A DNA stretch of 64,000 bases from Candidatus Omnitrophota bacterium (GCA_007135805.1 SLID01000099.1:1882-65881), one strand, 5' to 3'; shown: positions 1 through 9,886, numbered from the stretch's first letter. Program-made: numbers and translations. The notes: generated by a model from the letters alone, not told the origin.

Positions 1-1979
1 GCCTTCTTGAGTGGGCCCAGTATAAAAAACCGGAGGTCTTGGAACACGTCCGAGGACTCGTATCCGCCGGCCAGGTCGAGATAATGACTGGAGGCTTCTA
101 TGAACCGATACTGGTATCCATCCCCGAAGTAGACAGGCAGCTGCAGATAAGAATGCTGTCCGAATATGTAAAGAAAAATTTTTCCTATGAGCCCATAGGA
201 GCGTGGGTGGCGGAAAGGGTGTGGGAGCCGTCGCTATCCTCGACTTTCAGCGAAGCGGGTGTTAAGTACATAGTGCTGGACGATACGCATTTTATGTACG
301 CAGGGCTGAGGCGTGAGGAAGTCAGGGGTTATTATATAACCGAAGACAACTGGAAAAAAGTGGCGGTATTTCCCTCCGATAAAACTCTCCGGTACCATAT
401 CCCCTTTAAGTTGCCAGGGGAGAGCTTGGCTTATATGCGGCAAGCCGCGTCTGACAGGGAAGATGCCCTGTTCGTGTACGGAGATGACGGCGAAAAATTC
501 GGCGAATGGCCGGGTACCCACAAATGGGTTTTCGAGGAAAAATGGCTTGAAAATTTTTTCGACGAACTTATTAAAAATTCCGGGTGGTTGAGTACCGAAA
601 AACTTTCCGACTGCCTCTTGTCTAGAGCTCCCAGCGGCAGGATATATCTTCCTACATCGTCTTATGAGGAGATGCTCGAATGGTCCTTACCAGCCGATAT
701 GCAGGAGCAAATGAAGAACGTTACCGGCGAGATTATATACATGGGAAAAGAAAAAGAGTATAAACCGTTCATAAGAGGGGGGTTTTGGCGCAACTTTTTT
801 ACCAAGTATCCCGAGTCCAACCACATGAACAAGAAAATGGCGCATGTCTCGCGCAAACTGGATAAAATAAGGTCCGGGGATAAAGAAATTTTCAAAGACA
901 AAAAATTCAAGGAAGCCGAGCGCGAACTTTGTAAAGCGCAGTGTAACTGCGCCTACTGGCATGGGGTTTTCGGAGGGCTGTACCTGTATCACCTCAGAAA
1001 CGCGGTGTACGAGCACATTATCCGCTCGGAGTCCCTCGCGGATTCTCTGTTATACGGCAGCAAAGGCGGCATCCGGGTATATGCCGAGGATATTGACGCG
1101 GATGGCCGCGAGGACATTATCATGGAAAACAATGAGATCTCTCTTATCATAAGCCCATCCAGGGGTGGGGCCGTAAAAGAGATAGATTCGCGCGGGCTGT
1201 TCCAAAACTACGTTAATTCATTGTCGAGGAAAAAAGAGGCGTACCATAAGACCATCCTTGAGAAGATAAGGGAGACAGCTTCGGAAAACGGGGAGGTCAG
1301 GACGATCCACGACGGTATACAAACAGCCGACCCGGGGCTTAAGGACCATATGAGATACGACAGGTATCCCCGCCACTGTTTCATAGACCATTTCCTGGCG
1401 GAAGGGGTAGACATAAATTCCTTTGCCGCGTGCAGGTATGAGGAAAAATCGGATATCGCCCGTAAAGGATTTTCAGCGAAAACAAAAAAAACCGCCGGCG
1501 GGGCAAAACTTCTGATGTCCGCTGAAGTCAGTGTTCTGGGAAAAAATTTGCTGCTCGAGAAAAACATAACACTTCCCGTGAAAGGTGCCAGTTTCAGCGT
1601 CGATTACACTATCCATAACAAAAGCGCGTCCCGGCTTAAATCTGTGTTTGCTTCTGAATCCAATATCACTATGAGATATGCCGACTCGCCGTCTTATGAT
1701 CTTGATCTCGGAAAAAGTAAGATACACAAGCTCAGTGATATGACCCGCAAGGATATTTGTGAGCAAGTGAAGGTGAGCGATCAAGAGAATGGGGAAAGTC
1801 TAAGTTATTCTTTTAAAACACCTTGCGAGCTCTGGCACTTTCCTGTCAGAACGGTTTCACAGTCTGAAAAGGCGTATGAGTTGAATTATCAGTGTTCAGC
1901 CATAGTACCGGTATGGAAGATAGATATTGGCCCCGGGGAAAAAACAACGATATCCATCGAAATTAAATTGTGTCCCTAA
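1..1979 (+). CDS. Glycoside hydrolase family 57 protein (alpha-amylase/4-alpha-glucanotransferase-like), 5'-truncated at window edge
   Basis: Reading frame is open from position 3 to the stop at 1977-1979; the track ORF 39..1979 is its in-window part. Motifs typical of GH57 catalytic domain (VEIMTGGFYEPIL, WVAERVWEP, YIVLDDTHF). Followed by a second GH57 gene and glgC. Confidence 0.8.
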   Translation, partial: LLEWAQYKKPEVLEHVRGLVSAGQVEIMTGGFYEPILVSIPEVDRQLQIRMLSEYVKKNFSYEPIGAWVAERVWEPSLSSTFSEAGVKYIVLDDTHFMYAGLRREEVRGYYITEDNWKKVAVFPSDKTLRYHIPFKLPGESLAYMRQAASDREDALFVYGDDGEKFGEWPGTHKWVFEEKWLENFFDELIKNSGWLSTEKLSDCLLSRAPSGRIYLPTSSYEEMLEWSLPADMQEQMKNVTGEIIYMGKEKEYKPFIRGGFWRNFFTKYPESNHMNKKMAHVSRKLDKIRSGDKEIFKDKKFKEAERELCKAQCNCAYWHGVFGGLYLYHLRNAVYEHIIRSESLADSLLYGSKGGIRVYAEDIDADGREDIIMENNEISLIISPSRGGAVKEIDSRGLFQNYVNSLSRKKEAYHKTILEKIRETASENGEVRTIHDGIQTADPGLKDHMRYDRYPRHCFIDHFLAEGVDINSFAACRYEEKSDIARKGFSAKTKKTAGGAKLLMSAEVSVLGKNLLLEKNITLPVKGASFSVDYTIHNKSASRLKSVFASESNITMRYADSPSYDLDLGKSKIHKLSDMTRKDICEQVKVSDQENGESLSYSFKTPCELWHFPVRTVSQSEKAYELNYQCSAIVPVWKIDIGPGEKTTISIEIKLCP

Positions 1980-2003
1980 CTTCATGCCTCGCAAATATTT
2001 ATG

Positions 2004-2031
2004 TTGACAAAACCATCCATTAGGATATACA
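2004..2031 (+). promoter_or_regulatory. Sigma70-like promoter (TTGACA-16-TATACA) upstream of the DUF4912/GH57 branching enzyme genes
   Basis: -35 at 2004-09, -10 at 2026-31, in the 100-bp gap after the first GH57 gene. Confidence 0.5.
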
Positions 2032-2109
2032 ATTCGAATTAGGTTAGGAATTCACAAAACAATATCTCAAAATACGGCGGTGTCGGCCGGATCTAAAACG
2101 GAGAGTGAT

Positions 2110-2727
2110 ATGAAGGACTCTGGAGAACATATCCACCCGCAAAGATGTGATGAAAGAGATTTTGACATCCCCCTGCATTATGGTGACAACAAGATCGTTC
2201 TTATGGTACGTGATCCGTGGACGATCTTTTCTTATTGGGAAGTAAGGGGTGATGTTGAGAACGGTGTCAAGGCGCTTATCAGGGAAAGAGGCCTGACTCC
2301 TTCGAAAAGCGTTCTCAGGGTTTACAGGGCCGCCGGACCCATTGACGCTCCGGACCTTACTGTAATCAACGAATTTGAGCTGCGGGATTGGGTGGCAAGC
2401 TGGTACATACATGTTGATGAACCCGGCAACGAATGGATAGCTGACATAGGCATAATCGCGGACAATGGCGAATTCTTCTGTCTTGCGCGGTCCAATCGCG
2501 TAGCTACGCCTTCCAATTCCATGTCTGATACCGTAGAAGGCGAATGGGCATGTCCCGAAGAACTTTATTACAAGATATTCGCGGTTTCCGGCGGAGGTGA
2601 AGTAGGTAAAAGTTCGATGGAACTAAGGGAATTCATGGAAAGATATCTTAAACAATGGCTTTCCTCCGGGGGAGTTACCTCAGGGATATTTTCAAGTTCC
2701 GATCTGATAAAGAGGAGGAACGGGTAG
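2110..2727 (+). CDS. DUF4912-like conserved hypothetical protein (glycogen-cluster associated)
   Basis: Track ORF 2080..2727 (GTG). The more likely start is ATG 2110, preceded by GGAG. Motif IVLMVRDPWTIFSYWEV resembles DUF4912-type proteins often encoded next to GH57 branching enzymes. Assignment from memory, not searched. Confidence 0.55.
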   Translation: MKDSGEHIHPQRCDERDFDIPLHYGDNKIVLMVRDPWTIFSYWEVRGDVENGVKALIRERGLTPSKSVLRVYRAAGPIDAPDLTVINEFELRDWVASWYIHVDEPGNEWIADIGIIADNGEFFCLARSNRVATPSNSMSDTVEGEWACPEELYYKIFAVSGGGEVGKSSMELREFMERYLKQWLSSGGVTSGIFSSSDLIKRRNG

Positions 2728-2729
2728 TT

Positions 2730-4313
2730 ATGGCTAAAGGGTATCTGGCACTTGTTCTTCACGCGCATCTTCCTTTCATACGTCATCCTGAACATGAAAG
2801 TTTTCTGGAAGAGAACTGGCTTTTCGAGGCTATCACCGACACTTACATACCTCTCATAAACGTTTTTGACAGCCTCATTTCGGACGGCGTGGATTTTCGC
2901 ATAACGGTTTCACTCAGCCCGACATTGATGGCCATGCTCAGGGATGATCTGCTCATATCGAGGTATCACGCCCACATGGACAAGCTTATAACGCTGGCTC
3001 AGCTGGAAGTCGAGAGAACGCGGTCGGATAAAAGGGTCAACGATCTGGCGGTGATGTACCTCGAAAGGTTCCGCAACGCCAAGAGTGTTCTTTCCGACAA
3101 GTATGGCAACGACCTTCTATCAGCTTTCAAGAAATTTCAGGATCTAGGCAGGGTCGAGGTAATAACGTGTTGCGCCACTCACGGGTTTTTACCGTTGATG
3201 GATGTCGCAAGGTCTGCCGTCAGGGCTCAGGTGGAAGTAGCTGTAAAAGCTTACAAGGAAGTTTTCGGGCAACCTCCGAAGGGGATGTGGCTTCCCGAAT
3301 GCGCTTATCTTCCGGGCCATGACGAAATACTCAATGAGTTCGGAATAAGTTACTTTTTTGTTGAGACTCACGGCGTCCTTTTCGGGTCACCCCGTCCCAA
3401 GTATGGGGTCCACAGTCCCTATCTCTGCAAGTCGGGGACGGCGGTTTTCGCGAGGGACATGGAAAGCTCAAAAGCGGTATGGAGTTCCAAGGAAGGTTAC
3501 CCCGGTGATTATAACTACAGGGAGTACTACCGCGACATAGGTTTTGATCTGGATTACGACTATGTTAAGCCTTATATCAACGGTTGCGGTACCCGCGTGA
3601 ATACTGGTATAAAATACCACAAGATAACCGGTGACGCCGACCACAAAGACCTTTACGATCGGAACAGGGCGCTGGAGAGGGCCGCGGACCACGCCGGAAA
3701 TTTCATGTTCAACAGAGAAAAACAAGTGGAACATCTCTCGGAGATGATGGATAGGAAACCTGTGATAGTTTCGCCTTATGACGCTGAACTTTTCGGTCAT
3801 TGGTGGTTTGAGGGACCCGAATGGCTGGGATACCTTTTCAGAAAAATGCACTTTGACCAGGACAATTTGAAAAGCATCACGCCGGGAGATTTCCTGAAAC
3901 TTTACGACAGGTTCCCTGTAATAACGCCCTCGGCCTCGACCTGGGGTTACAAGGGATACAACGAGGTGTGGCTTGACGGTTGTAACGATTGGATATACAA
4001 ACATCTTCATAAGATGGCCGAGATAATGACAACGGACGCCCGCGATTACGAGGGTCCGACTCCCCTGGAAAGAAGAGTACTGAACCAGATGGCAAGAGAG
4101 CTTCTGCTGGCACAGTCCAGCGATTGGGCGTTTATAATGAAAACCGGGACTTTTGTGGAGTACGCTGTCAACAGGACACGGGAACACATAGGCAGGTTTC
4201 TTGCCCTTCATAAACAGCTCAGGGAGGGGGAAATAGACCAGGAAATGGTGGGAGAGGCCGAAAAAAAATTCACGGCTTTCCGTGATATAGATTACAGGGT
4301 CTATGCCGGATAG
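2730..4313 (+). CDS. 1,4-alpha-glucan branching enzyme, GH57 type
   Basis: ATG at 2730 is in frame with track ORF 2655..4313 and preceded by AGGAGGAA. The N-terminus MAKGYLALVLHAHLPFIRHPE is the hallmark start of GH57 branching enzymes (Thermus/Thermococcus type). 528 aa. Confidence 0.85.
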   Translation: MAKGYLALVLHAHLPFIRHPEHESFLEENWLFEAITDTYIPLINVFDSLISDGVDFRITVSLSPTLMAMLRDDLLISRYHAHMDKLITLAQLEVERTRSDKRVNDLAVMYLERFRNAKSVLSDKYGNDLLSAFKKFQDLGRVEVITCCATHGFLPLMDVARSAVRAQVEVAVKAYKEVFGQPPKGMWLPECAYLPGHDEILNEFGISYFFVETHGVLFGSPRPKYGVHSPYLCKSGTAVFARDMESSKAVWSSKEGYPGDYNYREYYRDIGFDLDYDYVKPYINGCGTRVNTGIKYHKITGDADHKDLYDRNRALERAADHAGNFMFNREKQVEHLSEMMDRKPVIVSPYDAELFGHWWFEGPEWLGYLFRKMHFDQDNLKSITPGDFLKLYDRFPVITPSASTWGYKGYNEVWLDGCNDWIYKHLHKMAEIMTTDARDYEGPTPLERRVLNQMARELLLAQSSDWAFIMKTGTFVEYAVNRTREHIGRFLALHKQLREGEIDQEMVGEAEKKFTAFRDIDYRVYAG

Positions 4314-4360
4314 CCGTACAGAGGTTAAACAAACTGGATAATACCAAGGAGGCAAGTAAG

Positions 4361-4660
4361 ATGGTAAAAAAAGCAGCTAAAAAAACAGTGAAAAAGGCGG
4401 CATCGGGGGCTTCAAAAGCCAAAACAGGGGCGAAGAAAGCACCTAAGAAAACGATGAAAAAGACCGTTTCGAAAAAGACTCCCGCTAAAAGATCATCCAA
4501 AAGGTCCATTTCGCTGAAAAATATGAGCGATGAACAGCTGTATGGGCTCATTTCGGAGAAGGCTTACGAGTTATATCTGAAAAGAGGCTCGAGCCACGGT
4601 AACGACCACTCCGACTGGTACAGAGCGGAAAGTTTTATCCTTTCCAAATACAAGAAGTAG
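4361..4660 (+). CDS. Histone H1-like lysine/alanine-rich protein with C-terminal DUF2934-like domain
   Basis: 99 aa. N-terminal KKAAKKTVKK low-complexity basic region. C-terminal YELYLKRGSSHGNDHSDWYRAE matches the DUF2934 pattern (AYElw..RG...G.dledWl.AE). RBS AAGGAGG 8 nt upstream. Confidence 0.6.
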   Translation: MVKKAAKKTVKKAASGASKAKTGAKKAPKKTMKKTVSKKTPAKRSSKRSISLKNMSDEQLYGLISEKAYELYLKRGSSHGNDHSDWYRAESFILSKYKK

Positions 4661-4767
4661 CAGGTCTACCGTTACTGTGACATGATCGCCTTGATCCCCG
4701 GTCAGGTTCCGTGTTTCTGGGCTTTCTGTCTTTCTGTTCGCGGGCTTTGCCCGAGAGGATATTACTG

Positions 4768-6024
4768 ATGAAGAAGGTTCTATCGGTCATACTCGGCGGA
4801 GGGCAGGGTACGCGGCTTTTTCCTCTTACGAAAGAGAGGTGTAAGCCGGCTGTGCCACTGCTTGGGAAATACCGTCTTATAGACATTCCTGTGAGCAATT
4901 GTCTTAATTCCGGTTTTAACAGGATATATGTGCTTACTCAGTTCCTTTCCGAATCGCTCAACAAACATATAAGCCGTACTTACAAAATGGACACTTTTTC
5001 CAAAGGTTTTATTGAAGTAATGGCGGCGGAACAGTCCATGGAGGATACGCATTGGTTCCAGGGTACCGCTGACGCGGTACGCAGATGCCTGAAACACTTC
5101 AACGACCCGGCAATACAGCATATCCTGGTGCTTTCCGGAGACCAGCTTTATAAGATGGATCTGGACGACATGTACAGATATCACCTTGAAAAGGACGCCG
5201 ACTTGACCGTAGCGTGTAATTATGTTCCCGAGAGCGAAGTAGGCGGTCTGGGAATAATGGGTATAGGGAAAGACAGTCGCATAAAACGTTTCAAGGAAAA
5301 ACCCGGGAGTGTTGATGACATCAGGGACATGGCCGTATCCGGCAAGTCTGGGGGGAAAAGTTTTCTGGGATCTATGGGAATATATCTTTTCAAAAAAGAA
5401 GCTCTGGTGGATCTTCTGGTAAACAGCAGGGAGGTAGATTTTGGAAGAGAGGTCATCCCAATAGCCATAGAGAAGAAAAACACCTACGCGTATCTTTTTG
5501 ACGGCTATTGGAGGGACATCGGAACGATAAAGAATTTTTATTCGGAGAACCTGGCCCTGGCGGGTCAAATCCCCCCCATGGATATGTTTGACGAAAAATG
5601 GCAGATCTTTACCCGTACGCGTTATTTGTCCCCGGCAAAGTTTGAGGATTGTTCCGTGGCCCAGAGCATTATCGCCGAGGGAAGTATAGTGCTTTCGGCC
5701 AGTATAAAAAATTCTGTAATAGGTTTGAGGTTCAGGGTCGAACCGGGAACAGTAATAGAGGACTGCGTAGTTATGGGGTGTGATTATTACCAAACCGCCG
5801 AACAGAACTCTTCCGATATCTCATCCTCTGTTCCAATTCTCGGGGTAGGGAAGAACTGTCACATAAGAAGGGCCATAATCGATAAGAACGTCCGTATAGG
5901 CGATAATGTGAAGATCCTCAACGAAGACAACGTCGAGCACGCCGACGGACCCAATTACTATATCCGGGAAGGCATAACCGTTATTCCCAAGAATGCAGTG
6001 GTAGAGCCCGGCACGGTCATATGA
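4768..6024 (+). CDS. glgC: Glucose-1-phosphate adenylyltransferase
   Basis: Track ORF 4711..6024. The in-frame ATG 4768 gives MKKVLSVILGGGQGTRLFPLT, the canonical NTP-transferase G-rich start. About 418 aa, with a C-terminal left-handed beta-helix region. Confidence 0.9.
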   Translation: MKKVLSVILGGGQGTRLFPLTKERCKPAVPLLGKYRLIDIPVSNCLNSGFNRIYVLTQFLSESLNKHISRTYKMDTFSKGFIEVMAAEQSMEDTHWFQGTADAVRRCLKHFNDPAIQHILVLSGDQLYKMDLDDMYRYHLEKDADLTVACNYVPESEVGGLGIMGIGKDSRIKRFKEKPGSVDDIRDMAVSGKSGGKSFLGSMGIYLFKKEALVDLLVNSREVDFGREVIPIAIEKKNTYAYLFDGYWRDIGTIKNFYSENLALAGQIPPMDMFDEKWQIFTRTRYLSPAKFEDCSVAQSIIAEGSIVLSASIKNSVIGLRFRVEPGTVIEDCVVMGCDYYQTAEQNSSDISSSVPILGVGKNCHIRRAIIDKNVRIGDNVKILNEDNVEHADGPNYYIREGITVIPKNAVVEPGTVI

Positions 6025-6599
6025 TAATAACAGCTATAAACGCGAGTCCCAGGAAAGGCGGCAATACCTCCGCGCTTGTCGAAAAGGTTCTTGAGGGGGC
6101 CCGCTCCGGCGGCGCCCAGGTCAGAAGGATAGACCTTTCGGACCTCAACATAAGGCCGCTCGGGGAGGAGGACTATGAGGGCACGCTCGAGGGAATACGC
6201 CGTGATCCTGAGGACGGCCTCAACTCGATAATAACCGCTATACAGGATTCGGACGTTGTTGTTCTGGCTTCTCCGGTATTTTTCGGAAGTTTGAGCGGTC
6301 AGTTGAAAAACATGATAGATCGCTTCCAGTTCGCCTGGCTTGAAAAGAACTTTCGAGGCAAAGAAGTTTTTTCCGGAGGGAAAAGAGGGGTTTTTATTTC
6401 GGTGCAGGCACAGAACAGGCAGGACTTTTTTGAAAATTCGGCGCGAATAGTAAAGCATTTTTTCGCCACATTAGATATCGAATACGCTGGAGAACTTCTT
6501 TTTATGGGGCTTGAGGGGAAGAACGACGCGGCCTCAAACCCCGCGCACATGGAAAAGGCTTTTAAGTTGGGGCGTGGTCTTGTCCTCGCCGAAACTTAA
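6021..6599 (+). CDS. Flavodoxin-fold NADPH-dependent FMN reductase family protein
   Basis: 192 aa. ATG overlaps the glgC stop (ATGA). Pattern INASPRKGGNTSALV...VVLASPVFFGSLSGQLKNMIDR is typical of the NADPH-dependent FMN reductase/iron-sulfur flavoprotein family. Confidence 0.6.
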   Translation: MIITAINASPRKGGNTSALVEKVLEGARSGGAQVRRIDLSDLNIRPLGEEDYEGTLEGIRRDPEDGLNSIITAIQDSDVVVLASPVFFGSLSGQLKNMIDRFQFAWLEKNFRGKEVFSGGKRGVFISVQAQNRQDFFENSARIVKHFFATLDIEYAGELLFMGLEGKNDAASNPAHMEKAFKLGRGLVLAET

Positions 6600-6688
6600 A
6601 GTCCTGTGATGTAACGGAGAAATCCCCCTGAAAACAGCAAATAAAAAAGTGTCATACGCGCGCGGCGTTTATTTAATGGAGGTGTGAT

Positions 6689-8134
6689 TTGAGTGGGATT
6701 TTCGGGGTAGTTTCAAAGGAAGATTGCGCGGAGCTTCTTCTATACGGGACAGACTATCACTCCCATATGGGTACGGAATACGGCGGTATGGCTCTTCTCG
6801 GAGACGAGTTCCAGAGGCAGATACACAACATAAGCCACGGACAGTTCAAATCCAAGTTTCACGAAGATACCTGCCGCATGAAGGGCAATAAGGGTATAGG
6901 CGTCATAAGCGACAGCAACGAACAGCCCATGTACCTGAATTCCAGGTTCGGGCCTTTCTGCATAGTGACTAACGGCCTGATCGATAATGCCGAAGAACTG
7001 GCCCGGGAACTCATGGCCCGGGGAGTTTCTTTCAGCGAGATGTGTGGAGATTCCGTCAACATCACGGAACTTATTTCCAAGATAATCTGCACGGGAGAAG
7101 ACCTGATAGACGGCATAAACGAGGTCTTTAAAAAAATAGAGGGCTCTTGTTCGATGCTCATACTTACCCACGAGGGTATCTACGCGGCGAGGGACCGTCT
7201 CGGGTATACACCCCTTGTAGTAGGTAGAAGGGAAGGAGCATGGGCCGTAACTTCTGAAACCACAGCATTCCCCAATAACCGTTTCGACCCGGTAAAGTAT
7301 CTCGGCCCTTCAGAAATAGTCCTGCTTACAGAGGATGGTATGGCTGCCTGTCAGGGTGAAAGCCAGGAAAAACAGGTCTGCGCGTTTTTATGGATATACT
7401 CCGGATTTCCCGCCTCAAGCTATGAAGGTATAAATACGGAAGTGGTAAGGGAGAGATGCGGCAAGGCCTTGGCGGCCCGCGACACAGACATCGAAGTAGA
7501 CCTTGTTTCAGGCATCCCTGACTCCGGTATAGGCCATGCGCTGGGTTATGCCATGGGGTCGGGTAAGCCTCTCAGGAGGCCTCTTGTAAAGTATACCCCC
7601 GGGTACGGCAGAAGCTATACCCCTCCTTTGCAAGGCAGGCGGGATCTTGTGGCGACAATGAAGCTTATACCCATAAAAGAGGTTGTTGACGGCAACAGAA
7701 TAGTTGTTTGTGAGGACTCTATCGTAAGGGGGACACAACTTAAGAATTTCACCGCCAAAAAGCTCTGGGATTCGGGAGCTAAGGAGATCCATGTAAGAGT
7801 GGCATGTCCTCCTTTGTTGTTCCCGTGCAGGTTCTGTTTATCTACGAGGACGATAGACGAACTTGCTGCCAGAAAAGCCATAAAAAGTCTCGAGGGCAGG
7901 GACATAGAAGATGTTTCTGAATATTCCGATCACACTTCCGGCAAGTACGCCGATCTTGTGGGCTGGATAAGGAAGGATATAGGCGTGACAACTCTCAGGT
8001 ACCAGACTATCGAGGATATGGTGCGGTCGGTCGGCCTTCCAAAAGAGCAGTTGTGTACTTACTGCTGGACAGGCGAGACTTGTTCCAGACGGGGTTCCGC
8101 CAGGCCGTGCTCTGCTGAGCGGGACTCGTTATGA
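6689..8134 (+). CDS. Amidophosphoribosyltransferase (PurF)-family protein: class-II Ntn glutamine amidotransferase domain plus type-I PRTase domain; no canonical start codon upstream of the TTG
   Basis: TTG start. C-terminal PRPP motif RIVVCEDSIVRGTQL and N-domain ARDRLGYTPLVVG match PurF. The first translated residues are M-S-G-I-F-G, whereas PurF has M-C-G-I-V-G. Upstream in frame: TAA TGG AGG TGT GAT then TTG. Confidence 0.7.
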   Translation: MSGIFGVVSKEDCAELLLYGTDYHSHMGTEYGGMALLGDEFQRQIHNISHGQFKSKFHEDTCRMKGNKGIGVISDSNEQPMYLNSRFGPFCIVTNGLIDNAEELARELMARGVSFSEMCGDSVNITELISKIICTGEDLIDGINEVFKKIEGSCSMLILTHEGIYAARDRLGYTPLVVGRREGAWAVTSETTAFPNNRFDPVKYLGPSEIVLLTEDGMAACQGESQEKQVCAFLWIYSGFPASSYEGINTEVVRERCGKALAARDTDIEVDLVSGIPDSGIGHALGYAMGSGKPLRRPLVKYTPGYGRSYTPPLQGRRDLVATMKLIPIKEVVDGNRIVVCEDSIVRGTQLKNFTAKKLWDSGAKEIHVRVACPPLLFPCRFCLSTRTIDELAARKAIKSLEGRDIEDVSEYSDHTSGKYADLVGWIRKDIGVTTLRYQTIEDMVRSVGLPKEQLCTYCWTGETCSRRGSARPCSAERDSL

Positions 8135-8191
8135 TACTGGGGCGGCAGGCAGATTTTTGTTCGCGAAAAAACAAAAAATCAGGGGCAGCTT

Positions 8192-8551
8192 ATGGATATA
8201 GCGCTTTACATGGCTTTGGGTCTACTGGCCGGGATAGCCGGAGGTTTTCTGGGTATTGGCGGAGGGTTGATCATTGTGCCGTTTCTGGTATATTTCTTCG
8301 GGCTTACGCAGCATCAGGCCCAGGGAACTACCCTCGCTCTTATGCTTCCCCCTGTAAGTCTTCTGGCCGTTCTTAAATATTACCAGCATGGTAATGTGGA
8401 TATTCGCGTCGCTGTTTTTGTCTCTCTTGGCTTCTTTTTCGGGGGCCTTGCGGGAGCATATCTCGTTGCGCCCGTTCCCGAACAGATACTTCGCAAGATA
8501 TTCGGTATTTTTCTGCTTAGCTTTGCCGTAAAAATGATCGTGGGAAAGTGA
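8192..8551 (+). CDS. TauE/SafE-type (DUF81) membrane protein, half-size form
   Basis: 119 aa, 4 predicted TM helices. Glycine-rich GIAGGFLGIGGGLIIVPFL motif is characteristic of sulfite exporter TauE/SafE family repeats. Confidence 0.55.
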   Translation: MDIALYMALGLLAGIAGGFLGIGGGLIIVPFLVYFFGLTQHQAQGTTLALMLPPVSLLAVLKYYQHGNVDIRVAVFVSLGFFFGGLAGAYLVAPVPEQILRKIFGIFLLSFAVKMIVGK

Positions 8552-8644
8552 GTTCTGCCGGAATTTTGCGGGTGTTTTTCTTCTGAGCTGTAACATCTCA
8601 GTCATCCGCGGAAATATAGCGTCTCAACGCCCGTCTTTGCGAAC

Positions 8645-8677
8645 CCGCCGAAGGCGGGTGAAGCAATCCCAATAAAC
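8645..8677. repeat. Second copy of hairpin motif TTGCGAACC-[CCCGCC gaa GGCGGG]-TGAAGCAATC
   Basis: Stem 8652-8668. Flanks are identical to the motif at 23265..23300, while the stem bases are swapped and still pair. The upstream 8610-8644 resembles a degenerate copy of the 61-bp unit. Confidence 0.75.
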
Positions 8678-8791
8678 AAATGTTGCCGGGTATTTTTCCC
8701 GCGCGTAATATTTTATCGGTCTCCCTCGGAAGTCTTCGCCACTGAAAACCCTCCGCCCCGCTCCCGGGACCAAAAACTTCCAAAAAACTGG

Positions 8792-8820
8792 TTGAACGTT
8801 ACGGCCCCAGGATATATAAT
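8792..8820 (+). promoter_or_regulatory. Sigma70 consensus-like promoter (TTGAAC-17-TATAAT) for gap-pgk-tpiA-secG
   Basis: -35 at 8792-97, -10 at 8815-20, 68 nt upstream of the gap ATG. Confidence 0.65.
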
Positions 8821-8872
8821 ACACATTCAAAATCCGGGGAAGTGTTCCTAAGGTAAGGTGAAAACAGGTTAA

Positions 8873-9886
<1,014 letters not shown>

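Noticed and set aside
3468-4355. Long minus-strand ORFs (3468..4355, 4780..5793, 8624..9757, 26547..27737, 40305..41165, 45640..47079, 60955..62358, 62967..63791 and many shorter ones)
   Set aside because: Each lies entirely antisense to a well-supported + strand gene (glgB-type GH57, glgC, gap, argJ, nadA, dnaE, ppdK, sigma factor). None has a recognisable domain, and all show skewed composition typical of shadow ORFs.
8131-8605. ORFs 8131..8376 (+) and 8222..8605 (-) around the TauE-like gene
   Set aside because: They overlap the better-supported membrane protein ORF 8192..8551 in other frames or strands, and they lack start context.
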